DNA of 64,000 nt from a virus (lineage: Duplodnaviria > Heunggongvirae > Uroviricota > Caudoviricetes), in the IMG/VR virus record IMGVR_UViG_2718218168_000001, positions 32,001 through 96,000 of that record, one strand, 5' to 3'. Position 1 is the first letter of the stretch. Every line of letters begins with the position of its first letter. The notes beneath the pieces were generated by a model. The model worked only from the letters and a program-made list of their open reading frames with translations. It did not search any database and was not told where the DNA came from. A program made the translations under genes and the position numbers. Below are positions 50,399-59,754 of the stretch, in pieces.

Positions 50399-50938
50399 AT
50401 GAATAAAATTATTTTATTTCTAATCTTTTCTACGTTTAGTGTAGGCAATGCCTTGGCTAACTCGTTGCAAAGTCAAATTGCTGCTATTGCTCAAGCGGAA
50501 AATGAAGGGCGAGCTAAAGAGCAGCAAGCTGAGGATGCCAGAAAAGAACTTATTCGCCAACAAGCACAAGCTGAACGTATTAGAAGAGAAAAAGCAGCAT
50601 CTGCCGCTGCTGCACGCGAAAAACAGCGTGTTGCTGCAGAAAATGAACGTAGAGCAAAACGAGAAGCCGAGCTAGCAAATGACAAGAAGCGAGATCAAGC
50701 TTATGAGGATGAGCTTCGCAAGCTGCAACTCGAAAGCATGAAACTCGAACTGCAAGCAAAAGCGGCTCGTGTCCAGCGAGAAAACGATTTTATAGAGCAG
50801 GAGTTGAAGGAGAGAGCAGCTAAGACAGATGTAATTCAGTCTGAGGCTGATGCAAATAGAAATATTTCTACAGGAAGTAAAGATTTACTGCAAAGCGAAG
50901 GAAAAGCTAGAGAGAAGAAAGCTAGCAGTTGGTGGTAG
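50399..50938 (+). CDS. Secreted charged coiled-coil protein
   Basis: 179 aa; signal-peptide-like N-terminus (LFLIFSTFSVGNALA) then Lys/Arg/Glu-rich helical repeats. Confidence 0.55.
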   Translation: MNKIILFLIFSTFSVGNALANSLQSQIAAIAQAENEGRAKEQQAEDARKELIRQQAQAERIRREKAASAAAAREKQRVAAENERRAKREAELANDKKRDQAYEDELRKLQLESMKLELQAKAARVQRENDFIEQELKERAAKTDVIQSEADANRNISTGSKDLLQSEGKAREKKASSWW

Positions 50939-50994
50939 TAATCACTACGATTGCGAGCATACTGTCACAAATGACAACTCGTAGAATCTGTTAA

Positions 50995-52208
<1,214 letters not shown>

Positions 52209-52222
52209 ATTAAGGAGCAAGG

Positions 52223-53104
52223 ATGCTTTTACCTCTTTTCCCGCTACCATCGCGGCCAACTGAATTGATCCAGTTCCGTCAGCCAAATATTGCTGATGCA
52301 ATGCGTTTCAACTCGATAACACCGGAGGAACAAGAACAACAGACAACGGCATATTTGAAAGCCTTGCTGGCTGAACCCGCGAAACATGATCCCCTGACAT
52401 GGACGGCGCAGGACCGGATTACCGCGTTATGGTGGATATTTACCGGCTCCCGTGAAACACCGGTCGAAACATTCACCTACACCTGTAAACATTGCGGTAA
52501 AGAGCATTATTACGATTGCGATATGAATGCTCTGGCTGAAGATATCCAGGTCCTGGAAGTGGAACCGTTCATTGACGATATTGAGGTGTCTGTAGAGGGC
52601 GTGCCTTATCAATGGCGTATCGTGCCGCTTGATGGTTGGGCAATGGAAATGCTGGAGATGCGCCGTGCAGCATTGCCACCTGAAGACGGCGCGGAATTCA
52701 AAGAAGCGATCGTTGATTTGCGTTTTTGGGAATTCGCTTATCAGTGTGAACTTTATAACGATGTTAGCGGTACTCGTGAAGAGCAGGCTGAGCGTCGTTA
52801 TGAAACGATCAAACGGATGGCCATTGATACTGAATTTATGAAGCTGGCGGCACACATCCGGCTGGCTCATGAAAAGCTCGAACATGGTTTACCGTGCTAC
52901 ATCGATAAAGGCGAAATGCGTCTTCGTCTCCCGCCGCACAAATGCCCAAACCAGGATACAAAGGAGTCCACAGAGGGTGCGTATACCCGTCTGTGGGTGC
53001 CCTTTCGGGCTACCGACTTCATTCCACAGGTGGGGATTGAAAAGCTATCAGACCTTAGTGTCCAACCTGGTTTTGTATGGGGGTATACCGATTCAGGACG
53101 CTGA
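52223..53104 (+). CDS. Hypothetical tail-assembly protein upstream of sit
   Basis: 293-aa ORF; CxxC...CxxC cluster (CKHCGKEHYYDCD). Confidence 0.4.
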   Translation: MLLPLFPLPSRPTELIQFRQPNIADAMRFNSITPEEQEQQTTAYLKALLAEPAKHDPLTWTAQDRITALWWIFTGSRETPVETFTYTCKHCGKEHYYDCDMNALAEDIQVLEVEPFIDDIEVSVEGVPYQWRIVPLDGWAMEMLEMRRAALPPEDGAEFKEAIVDLRFWEFAYQCELYNDVSGTREEQAERRYETIKRMAIDTEFMKLAAHIRLAHEKLEHGLPCYIDKGEMRLRLPPHKCPNQDTKESTEGAYTRLWVPFRATDFIPQVGIEKLSDLSVQPGFVWGYTDSGR

Positions 53105-53185
53105 AAGGCTCACTGAATCCTATGCGTTTTTCCTGTTGGAGAAACTGGAAGAAAAACTTAAACCGAAGCGGTAGGCGATAAGATC

Positions 53186-56100
53186 ATGGAAAGAAAAAAC
53201 GCCAACATTGACGATGTGATAAGGACGGTTGAAACCGCCAGCGCAAAAGAGCTGGAAGAGCTTGCAGGTATTCGGGAAGCCGTTGAAGATTTGAAAGGGG
53301 GGCGAGTTGCTACAGTTGATCCTGTCTCTCGCAGTGTGTCGGCATTAAATCGCACAATCGAAAATTCCCGGCCAGACTTTGTGGCCAATGCGCCATCAGT
53401 GGACCCTATTGTTGAGGCAATGAAACGGCTTAATTTAGGGGACGTTTCTCGTGTAGTTCAGGAGGATGTTGCTCTACAGGAACCGCAGGCCAAATCAACT
53501 ACGCGAAAGGGTAAAAAACGACGCAAGAAGGCTATAACAGAAGATGTAAAGGCGCAACGGACCGAAGCAGCCGAACACGCTCGCGAAATGTTCGGTCAAA
53601 AAGGCGGTGCGCAAAAAAGCCAAAACCAACGCGATGCGCGTGGTCGTTTTATTGGAAAGTCAGGGAGTAAGGCCGCAGCGGAAGATGCCCGTGCTGAACG
53701 TGCTGAAAAGGCCAGGCGCAAAGAGGATGATGAGCGTCTAAATGCTGAATCAGGTTTATTAAAAAAACTGTCAAAAGTAGCTGAAGGCATAGGTAACCCT
53801 TCAGAGACTCGTGCCGTCGATGCGTTAGGTTATGCCGTTGCTGGTCCATTGTGGGCAGCAGGGAAGGAGCTTGGCGGGATATCAAAAGAAGTTGGTGGAT
53901 CGCTTAATGGTGCCAGAAAGTCTATTGCCGATGTGATTCGTGGCAATGACGATAACAGCCGTAGAAAAGGTTTTTTTAGGCGTAAATCGCAAAATAGTGC
54001 CGATGTCGTTCAGGTTAACACCCAAAAACGGACGGTTCAGGAACTTCAGGAGCAGACCAGCGAAATTAAAGAGGGCAATGACAAGATTCTCAGCGCCCTT
54101 GATCAGATAGCCAAAAACACCGGGAAAAAGAAGGGCGGCTTGCTGTCCAAACTATTTAGCCTGTTAGGGAAGGGGGCCGGTGGCGTCGCGTCGTTGTTAA
54201 TGGGGCGTGGCATGCTGAAAAAAGCTGGAGCACTCGCTTTTGGCGCTCTGGGGGCAAAGAAACTTGTAGGAATGCTACGCGGTGGTGGCAAGAAGACTCT
54301 CGCCCATGAAGGCGGAGATTTGGCTGCCCGGGCAGCAGGTAAACTTGGATTAAAGGCAGTTGGTAAAGGGGCGTTACGCGCAATTCCCCTAGTCGGCACA
54401 GTGGCTGGAGGTATTTATGATGCGGTAACCGGTTGGAATGATACAGAAGCGCAACGTCGAGCGTTTGGGCTTAAATCAGGACAAGATCCATCATTCCAGC
54501 AAAAAGCCGCTTATACGTTAGCTAATGTTCTTGATATGGGGGGACTGGTATCTGGTATTAGCAGCGCCATTGGTGAGGTTCTCAAATCACTTGGATTTGA
54601 GGATATCGGCAATATGTTGCAATCATTTTCGACGGAAAGTATTGCCCTGGCCATTGATAGTGGGATTACCAACTTAGAAACATATATTTCTAACCTTGGC
54701 GACACCATTTCTACCAAGTTCGATGATTACACAGCAAAGATTGGTGATGCTGTTTCAGCATGGTTTAGCGATACATCTAATAAGCTGCTTGAAAAGCTGG
54801 ATGCCATCAAAGACTTCTTTACTGTCGATAACCTGAAACAGGTTTTCAGTGATGCAATTGATAGTGCAATTGATTTCATTAAGAACCCAGGGAAACACAT
54901 TAAAGAGGCGGCTGGTAATATTTGGGATGGGGTTAAAAATTTACCAGGTAAAGCATTAGATGCAGCGGTTGATGCCGTTAAAAATACCCCTGCGGCAATG
55001 ATTGTATCAAAAATACCCAATCCGATCGGCGAGGCTAATGCGAAAGAAATCACTCCAGAGTTAAAAGCTCCGGTTAATAGCCACCAGGGGACATCTGATT
55101 CTAAAACTGAATCCGATGCCAAACAGACTAATATTGCTGCCCGCGTGATAAATGCGGCTCTGGATATGGCGAAAGATAGCAATAAAACAGTTAAAGAAAC
55201 TGCTAATCAGATTATCAATGCAAATGCCGTAGAAACGGGCAATAGCGCGTTGCAGAAAATTGATAAAGCTATTGGTCAAAATAGCTCGTCATCATCCTCG
55301 CTTAATACCACTGGCACCAGGAATGACATTCAGAAAGCTGCGGATACCTATAATAATGGCAACTTGGATGTAAAAGTCGGAAGTCTTGGCGCTGAAGGTA
55401 AGGCAAATCTCGATAAGTTGGCTCCGTATTTTGCTGAACTAGAGAATAAATATGGCCTTCCTGAAGGTACTCTTTACGCGATCGCTGCAACTGAATCTGG
55501 TGGTGATCCTAACGCAAAATCTACGCTTACAAGATCACCAAATGGAAAGCTAAGTGGTGGCGCTCTCGGAATGTTCCAGTTTACGAGCGTTGCTCGTGAG
55601 GAAACTGGATTATCCCGGGAAGATTCTTTTAATCCGGAAAAATCGGCAGAAGCTGCGGCTCTTCTCATGAGCAAGTATCTGAAGCAAGCCAATGGAGACT
55701 TAAACGAGGCCATCACTGCATATAACGCTGGGTTTGGCACTATCAATAAGTGGAAAAAAGGCACAGGTGACTTATCGAAAGAAAACCGTGAGTACGCGAT
55801 CAAGGTCAATACTCATCGTGCTCGCTATTTAGGTGGTGAAATCTATACACCTGGAGCAGGAGCACAGGGTGGGGCGCAATATGGAGTGAGGGGACCACTG
55901 CCTGATAACGCTGTTATCGATCAGTCTACTGGCCTGGCGTTTACCCCTGGTGATAGCCCGTTTGAGAAAGGCGGTCTGGTAGACAAAATCGGCAATGCTG
56001 TTGGCGTTAACGATCTGGTCAACAAATTCATGAATGGCCGGGGTATGCGTCGGGAAGTCGTTCAGGGAACGCTCGAAGAACGTGCACGAGGGAAGGGGAC

Positions 56101-56608
56101 CGCAACAGCAGCTGGCAATGTGTATGTTGATACTCCGATGCCAGTTGAAGAGGCGCGTCCGGTGGCCAGCAACTCAAGTTACTTTGACCAACTCGGCGCA
56201 CAAATGGGGATTGATGGACTATTCGATAAACTCCGCAACTCGCCGGGGATGCGGAAAAATAATGCGCTTGAACCAGCCTCCACGTCCCAGGTGACGACTG
56301 CCGCCAACGATTTGCAGCAACCAACCGGTCGTATGCAGATAGACGGACAGGTTATTAGTGACCTTGGCGGCTCCGGTGCCAAGCCGACAATGCAGTTGGC
56401 TGATAATACCGTTTCACTTGATGGTGAAACGAAGCGGCTGTTTGCGCAGATGACCTCATTGCTTGCCAGGATTGAAGAGCACACCAAAGACTCGGCGAAA
56501 GGCCAGGGAACTGTCGTAAAGGTCAGCACGCCTCAGCCGGGCGTTATGCGCACGGTACCACTGTCAATTGATGATCCGTTGATGAATGACTACGCGAGAG
56601 TTGATTGA
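53186..56608 (+). CDS. sit: Tape-measure-like structural protein with lytic transglycosylase domain (Sit-like)
   Basis: 1140 aa; Ala/Gly/Lys-rich repeats; SLT-type region AIAATESGGDPNAKS...GALGMFQF...AYNAG. Confidence 0.85.
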   Translation: MERKNANIDDVIRTVETASAKELEELAGIREAVEDLKGGRVATVDPVSRSVSALNRTIENSRPDFVANAPSVDPIVEAMKRLNLGDVSRVVQEDVALQEPQAKSTTRKGKKRRKKAITEDVKAQRTEAAEHAREMFGQKGGAQKSQNQRDARGRFIGKSGSKAAAEDARAERAEKARRKEDDERLNAESGLLKKLSKVAEGIGNPSETRAVDALGYAVAGPLWAAGKELGGISKEVGGSLNGARKSIADVIRGNDDNSRRKGFFRRKSQNSADVVQVNTQKRTVQELQEQTSEIKEGNDKILSALDQIAKNTGKKKGGLLSKLFSLLGKGAGGVASLLMGRGMLKKAGALAFGALGAKKLVGMLRGGGKKTLAHEGGDLAARAAGKLGLKAVGKGALRAIPLVGTVAGGIYDAVTGWNDTEAQRRAFGLKSGQDPSFQQKAAYTLANVLDMGGLVSGISSAIGEVLKSLGFEDIGNMLQSFSTESIALAIDSGITNLETYISNLGDTISTKFDDYTAKIGDAVSAWFSDTSNKLLEKLDAIKDFFTVDNLKQVFSDAIDSAIDFIKNPGKHIKEAAGNIWDGVKNLPGKALDAAVDAVKNTPAAMIVSKIPNPIGEANAKEITPELKAPVNSHQGTSDSKTESDAKQTNIAARVINAALDMAKDSNKTVKETANQIINANAVETGNSALQKIDKAIGQNSSSSSSLNTTGTRNDIQKAADTYNNGNLDVKVGSLGAEGKANLDKLAPYFAELENKYGLPEGTLYAIAATESGGDPNAKSTLTRSPNGKLSGGALGMFQFTSVAREETGLSREDSFNPEKSAEAAALLMSKYLKQANGDLNEAITAYNAGFGTINKWKKGTGDLSKENREYAIKVNTHRARYLGGEIYTPGAGAQGGAQYGVRGPLPDNAVIDQSTGLAFTPGDSPFEKGGLVDKIGNAVGVNDLVNKFMNGRGMRREVVQGTLEERARGKGTATAAGNVYVDTPMPVEEARPVASNSSYFDQLGAQMGIDGLFDKLRNSPGMRKNNALEPASTSQVTTAANDLQQPTGRMQIDGQVISDLGGSGAKPTMQLADNTVSLDGETKRLFAQMTSLLARIEEHTKDSAKGQGTVVKVSTPQPGVMRTVPLSIDDPLMNDYARVD

Positions 56609-56964
56609 TGGCCAACAATAACGAAATTGATCCTTTGCTGACGCTGGAGTTATCCGGCGTAAAAACGTATGAGTCCCAGGAGGAGGCCTGGGGCGCTCGT
56701 TTATATGAGTGGCTAAACACTTATCAGGGTGAGGTATACGGGGATCCGTCATGGGGCAATGTTTTACCGCAGTTTAAACACGAACCGACCAACTTGTCGC
56801 ATGTTCAAATTGCGGTTGAGGCAATGCTGTTGCAAAAACTGACGGTAGATTTACCTGACATACCGATTTCTGGCTTGTCAGTAGCCGAGGGAGATGCTTT
56901 TGATAAGTTGAAAATATCCATTCGTATCAGGGATATAACTATCACACAGGACGTGGTGCTATGA
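56605..56964 (+). CDS. Baseplate wedge protein (gp25/GPW-like)
   Basis: 119 aa; GEVYGDPSWGNVLPQF resembles the gp25/W-family core motif. Confidence 0.5.
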   Translation: MMANNNEIDPLLTLELSGVKTYESQEEAWGARLYEWLNTYQGEVYGDPSWGNVLPQFKHEPTNLSHVQIAVEAMLLQKLTVDLPDIPISGLSVAEGDAFDKLKISIRIRDITITQDVVL

Positions 56965-58394
56965 GTAAAACAACACCGACTAAAGACAGTATTCGTGCAG
57001 AGTTTGAAGAGCTTGTCGAGAAAGATTCATTCTGGTCGAAGTTTGTCGGCTCTCAATTTGTCTCGATGCTGACATTGTTTATTACCCAGATTGTCTACAG
57101 GTGCTTTCAGTATGCCGATGCGGCGCTGGCTGAAGGCTTTATATCGACCGCGACGCGGCGTTCCTCTATCCTGGCTGCGGCAGAAACGAACAGTTATGTT
57201 GGTACCAAGCCAACACCGTCATCGGGGATGATTGAGATCACCGCCACAAGTGAAGATGCCCCAGCGGTAATCCCCAAAAACATGCCTTTAATATCTGACG
57301 ACCAGTACCCTTACATGACTATGGATGTATGCAGGTTGGTTGACGGCACCGGTACGGTAGAAGTGGCACAGTTGGAAATCCAGGAGGTGACATATACCGT
57401 TACGGCAGCCAAAGAATTTCTGGAAGTCGTGTTATCAAAGGCTCTTACTGCTGTCTGCTATAAGCTGGAAGTATTCGTGACGACCGATGGGAAGACCACG
57501 CAGTGGTCTTCCAGCACTATGTTCCGGTTAGCCGGTAGTAAAAGCCAGGTCTACGTTGAGTTTTATAAACCATCCGAGCAGTTGGGGGTTCGATTCGGCG
57601 ATGGGCTAATTGGGCAAATACCGCCAGAAGGTTCGACAATTACGCTTAAGGTATGGTGCACCAACGGCGATATAACCCTGGTTGCTGGCCAAAACCTGAC
57701 GCCTGTCGATTCTGCGGCTGATTTAGCTAATTTGATTTCAGTTAAGACAACGACACCTATAACCGCAGGTACCGATGCTGAAACAACGGAGATCACACGT
57801 AACCGTGCACAATATTACCTTGCCTATGATGATCAGGTCGTATGGGGCGGGGACTATACGTATTTTCTGGTTCGTAACATCCCGGGGCTGTCCTGGGTAA
57901 AGGCATGGGGCGAAGGCCAGCAAGAGAAATTAGATGGTGCTTATAATGTTCAGAATATCAATAAGATATTTATTTCAGGATGGCATCCGAATAAAAGTCA
58001 GTCAGAGCTTGAAGAAATGATCCTGACCGCCTTTAAGAAGGTGCCGAATGAGTTGAACAAGAAATTCTCGTATAAAGAGGTCAGAAAACTACCATTTAAG
58101 ATAACCATCACCGGACGGATATCGGCAAGCCTGACCATTGAGAATGTGACCGATGAGCTGAAGTCGGCACTGGAAACAAAATTTGGGCGCGATTCAACTT
58201 TCTTTGATCCGAACCGCGTCGGAAAGTACATCCTGATTAAGAAAAAAGACGTTTGGGCGTTTATCGAAACGCTGGGTTATTTCCGCGACTTTTATCTGGA
58301 ATTTGTCGAGTGGAATGAGTCCAACGGCTTTTACGATTTCGTTTATCTGGATACAGAAAACTCCACCTTTAATATTTCGTATGAGGAGGAGTGA
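56961..58394 (+). CDS. Baseplate protein (J/gp6-like by position)
   Basis: 477-aa ORF following the W-like gene, the conserved W-J-I order. Confidence 0.45.
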   Translation: MSKTTPTKDSIRAEFEELVEKDSFWSKFVGSQFVSMLTLFITQIVYRCFQYADAALAEGFISTATRRSSILAAAETNSYVGTKPTPSSGMIEITATSEDAPAVIPKNMPLISDDQYPYMTMDVCRLVDGTGTVEVAQLEIQEVTYTVTAAKEFLEVVLSKALTAVCYKLEVFVTTDGKTTQWSSSTMFRLAGSKSQVYVEFYKPSEQLGVRFGDGLIGQIPPEGSTITLKVWCTNGDITLVAGQNLTPVDSAADLANLISVKTTTPITAGTDAETTEITRNRAQYYLAYDDQVVWGGDYTYFLVRNIPGLSWVKAWGEGQQEKLDGAYNVQNINKIFISGWHPNKSQSELEEMILTAFKKVPNELNKKFSYKEVRKLPFKITITGRISASLTIENVTDELKSALETKFGRDSTFFDPNRVGKYILIKKKDVWAFIETLGYFRDFYLEFVEWNESNGFYDFVYLDTENSTFNISYEEE

Positions 58395-59230
58395 TGCAGC
58401 GTTCCTGGTTTAATAACCGGCTTACATCAGCTAAGCAAAAGTCATTGCTCTATAAATCATTGGCTGATTTGGTTCAGTCAATGATGGACACCTTTGTTGA
58501 CCCATGGTTGGAGCGAATTACCAACCGGAAGTCTATTTTCTCCATGAGCAAGGAGGATCTGGAGACCAGGACAAATGAACTTGGCCAGTTCTTTACTATC
58601 AGAACCTCGAACTCATCTTCCGTTCCGATGTTGTTACAACAGCGGCTTGATGAGATCCACTTTAAGGGAACTGAACGTCCTATAAACCAGACAATTTACC
58701 GCGAATTTAACGGTATTTCTGTTTTATGGGATCCGATATATGCACCGGTGGACCTTGAGCGTCATCCCTATGGCACAGTTCTAATACCAGAAAGCACACT
58801 GGAGACTACCGGCGGCACATTCGGCGAGATGTTTCTGACTTCCAGAGGGATGATCAGTATTCCCATAAACGACCTGGCCCGGACAATGGGTATTACTGGC
58901 ACGATAGATCAGTCCGCAATTACAGAAGAAATTCTCAGAAAGTTTAATCAGTTCGTAAAGCCTCTACTGCCACTGCATATAGTGTTTGATGGGCTTACGC
59001 TCTATTTGTCGGTTGTTTTAAATGAACAGGCCGACATGATCACTTTGAACGAGATTTCTGATACCGAAAAAGCATTCTGCTGGTTTGAAACTTCGGATAC
59101 AACTTCGCTTACTGGAGTTACGTCGATTAGCGCCCCGATCACCGCAACGCCTGGTGGCACTATTGTGAAAGCGACACCTACGTTTGATCGCACACGCGCA
59201 GATGATTTGTTGCTGGATAGCGACGCCTGA
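58391..59230 (+). CDS. Baseplate protein (I-like by position)
   Basis: 279-aa ORF between the J-like gene and the tail-fibre operon. Confidence 0.4.
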   Translation: MMQRSWFNNRLTSAKQKSLLYKSLADLVQSMMDTFVDPWLERITNRKSIFSMSKEDLETRTNELGQFFTIRTSNSSSVPMLLQQRLDEIHFKGTERPINQTIYREFNGISVLWDPIYAPVDLERHPYGTVLIPESTLETTGGTFGEMFLTSRGMISIPINDLARTMGITGTIDQSAITEEILRKFNQFVKPLLPLHIVFDGLTLYLSVVLNEQADMITLNEISDTEKAFCWFETSDTTSLTGVTSISAPITATPGGTIVKATPTFDRTRADDLLLDSDA

Positions 59231-59257
59231 CAATCACCCCGTCCGTAGGGCGGGGTG

Positions 59258-59278
59258 ACAAGTTACTTCTCTTACAAT
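59258..59278 (+). promoter_or_regulatory. Late-promoter-like element (ACAAGT-N9-TACAAT) for the tail-fibre operon
   Basis: acaagt tacttctct tacaat, after hairpin caccccg...cggggtg. Confidence 0.5.
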
Positions 59279-59308
59279 GAGGCTTCACAACATTGATTAG
59301 GGAAAATC

Positions 59309-59743
59309 ATGTCTGACGTCTCAACAAACCTCTATAAGAGTCAGTTGTTGGACTATTACTATCAGCGGCGCGCTGAATCGTCCATTAACAAAGGCTCTCG
59401 ATTTTTAATCAGCAAGGCCGTTTTCGGTACCAGTTCACTGGTTACTAAGAAAGGAGATGGCACTTATGAGATTGGAGAACTGCCAAAGGCTTTCGATCTG
59501 GCAGAACTGACCAGTCAATTTTGCACCATCAACCTCGTCCCAACCTACTCAGGCGGGATAATTACTGTCCGAATGGACCTTGATCAAAGCCAGTTGCAGG
59601 AAGGGAAAAACTACCCATTCAACACTCTGGTTGTTCTGGATAACGAGAACAAGCCAATCGCCATTATTTGTGTCCAGGAAGACTCGCTGTATGTGGGCAA
59701 AACATATACCGCAGTTATGGCCATAAACACGACAACAGCATAA
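59309..59743 (+). CDS. Tail-fibre-operon protein (R position)
   Basis: 144-aa ORF immediately upstream of S. Confidence 0.5.
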   Translation: MSDVSTNLYKSQLLDYYYQRRAESSINKGSRFLISKAVFGTSSLVTKKGDGTYEIGELPKAFDLAELTSQFCTINLVPTYSGGIITVRMDLDQSQLQEGKNYPFNTLVVLDNENKPIAIICVQEDSLYVGKTYTAVMAINTTTA

Positions 59744-59754
59744 GGATATGCTTG

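Noticed and set aside
52869-53174. 101-aa overlapping ORF upstream of sit, considered as a frameshift extension of a tail chaperone
   Set aside because: It is in the +1 frame relative to 52223-53104 and I found no slippery heptamer; the usual chaperone shift is -1. Left unannotated.
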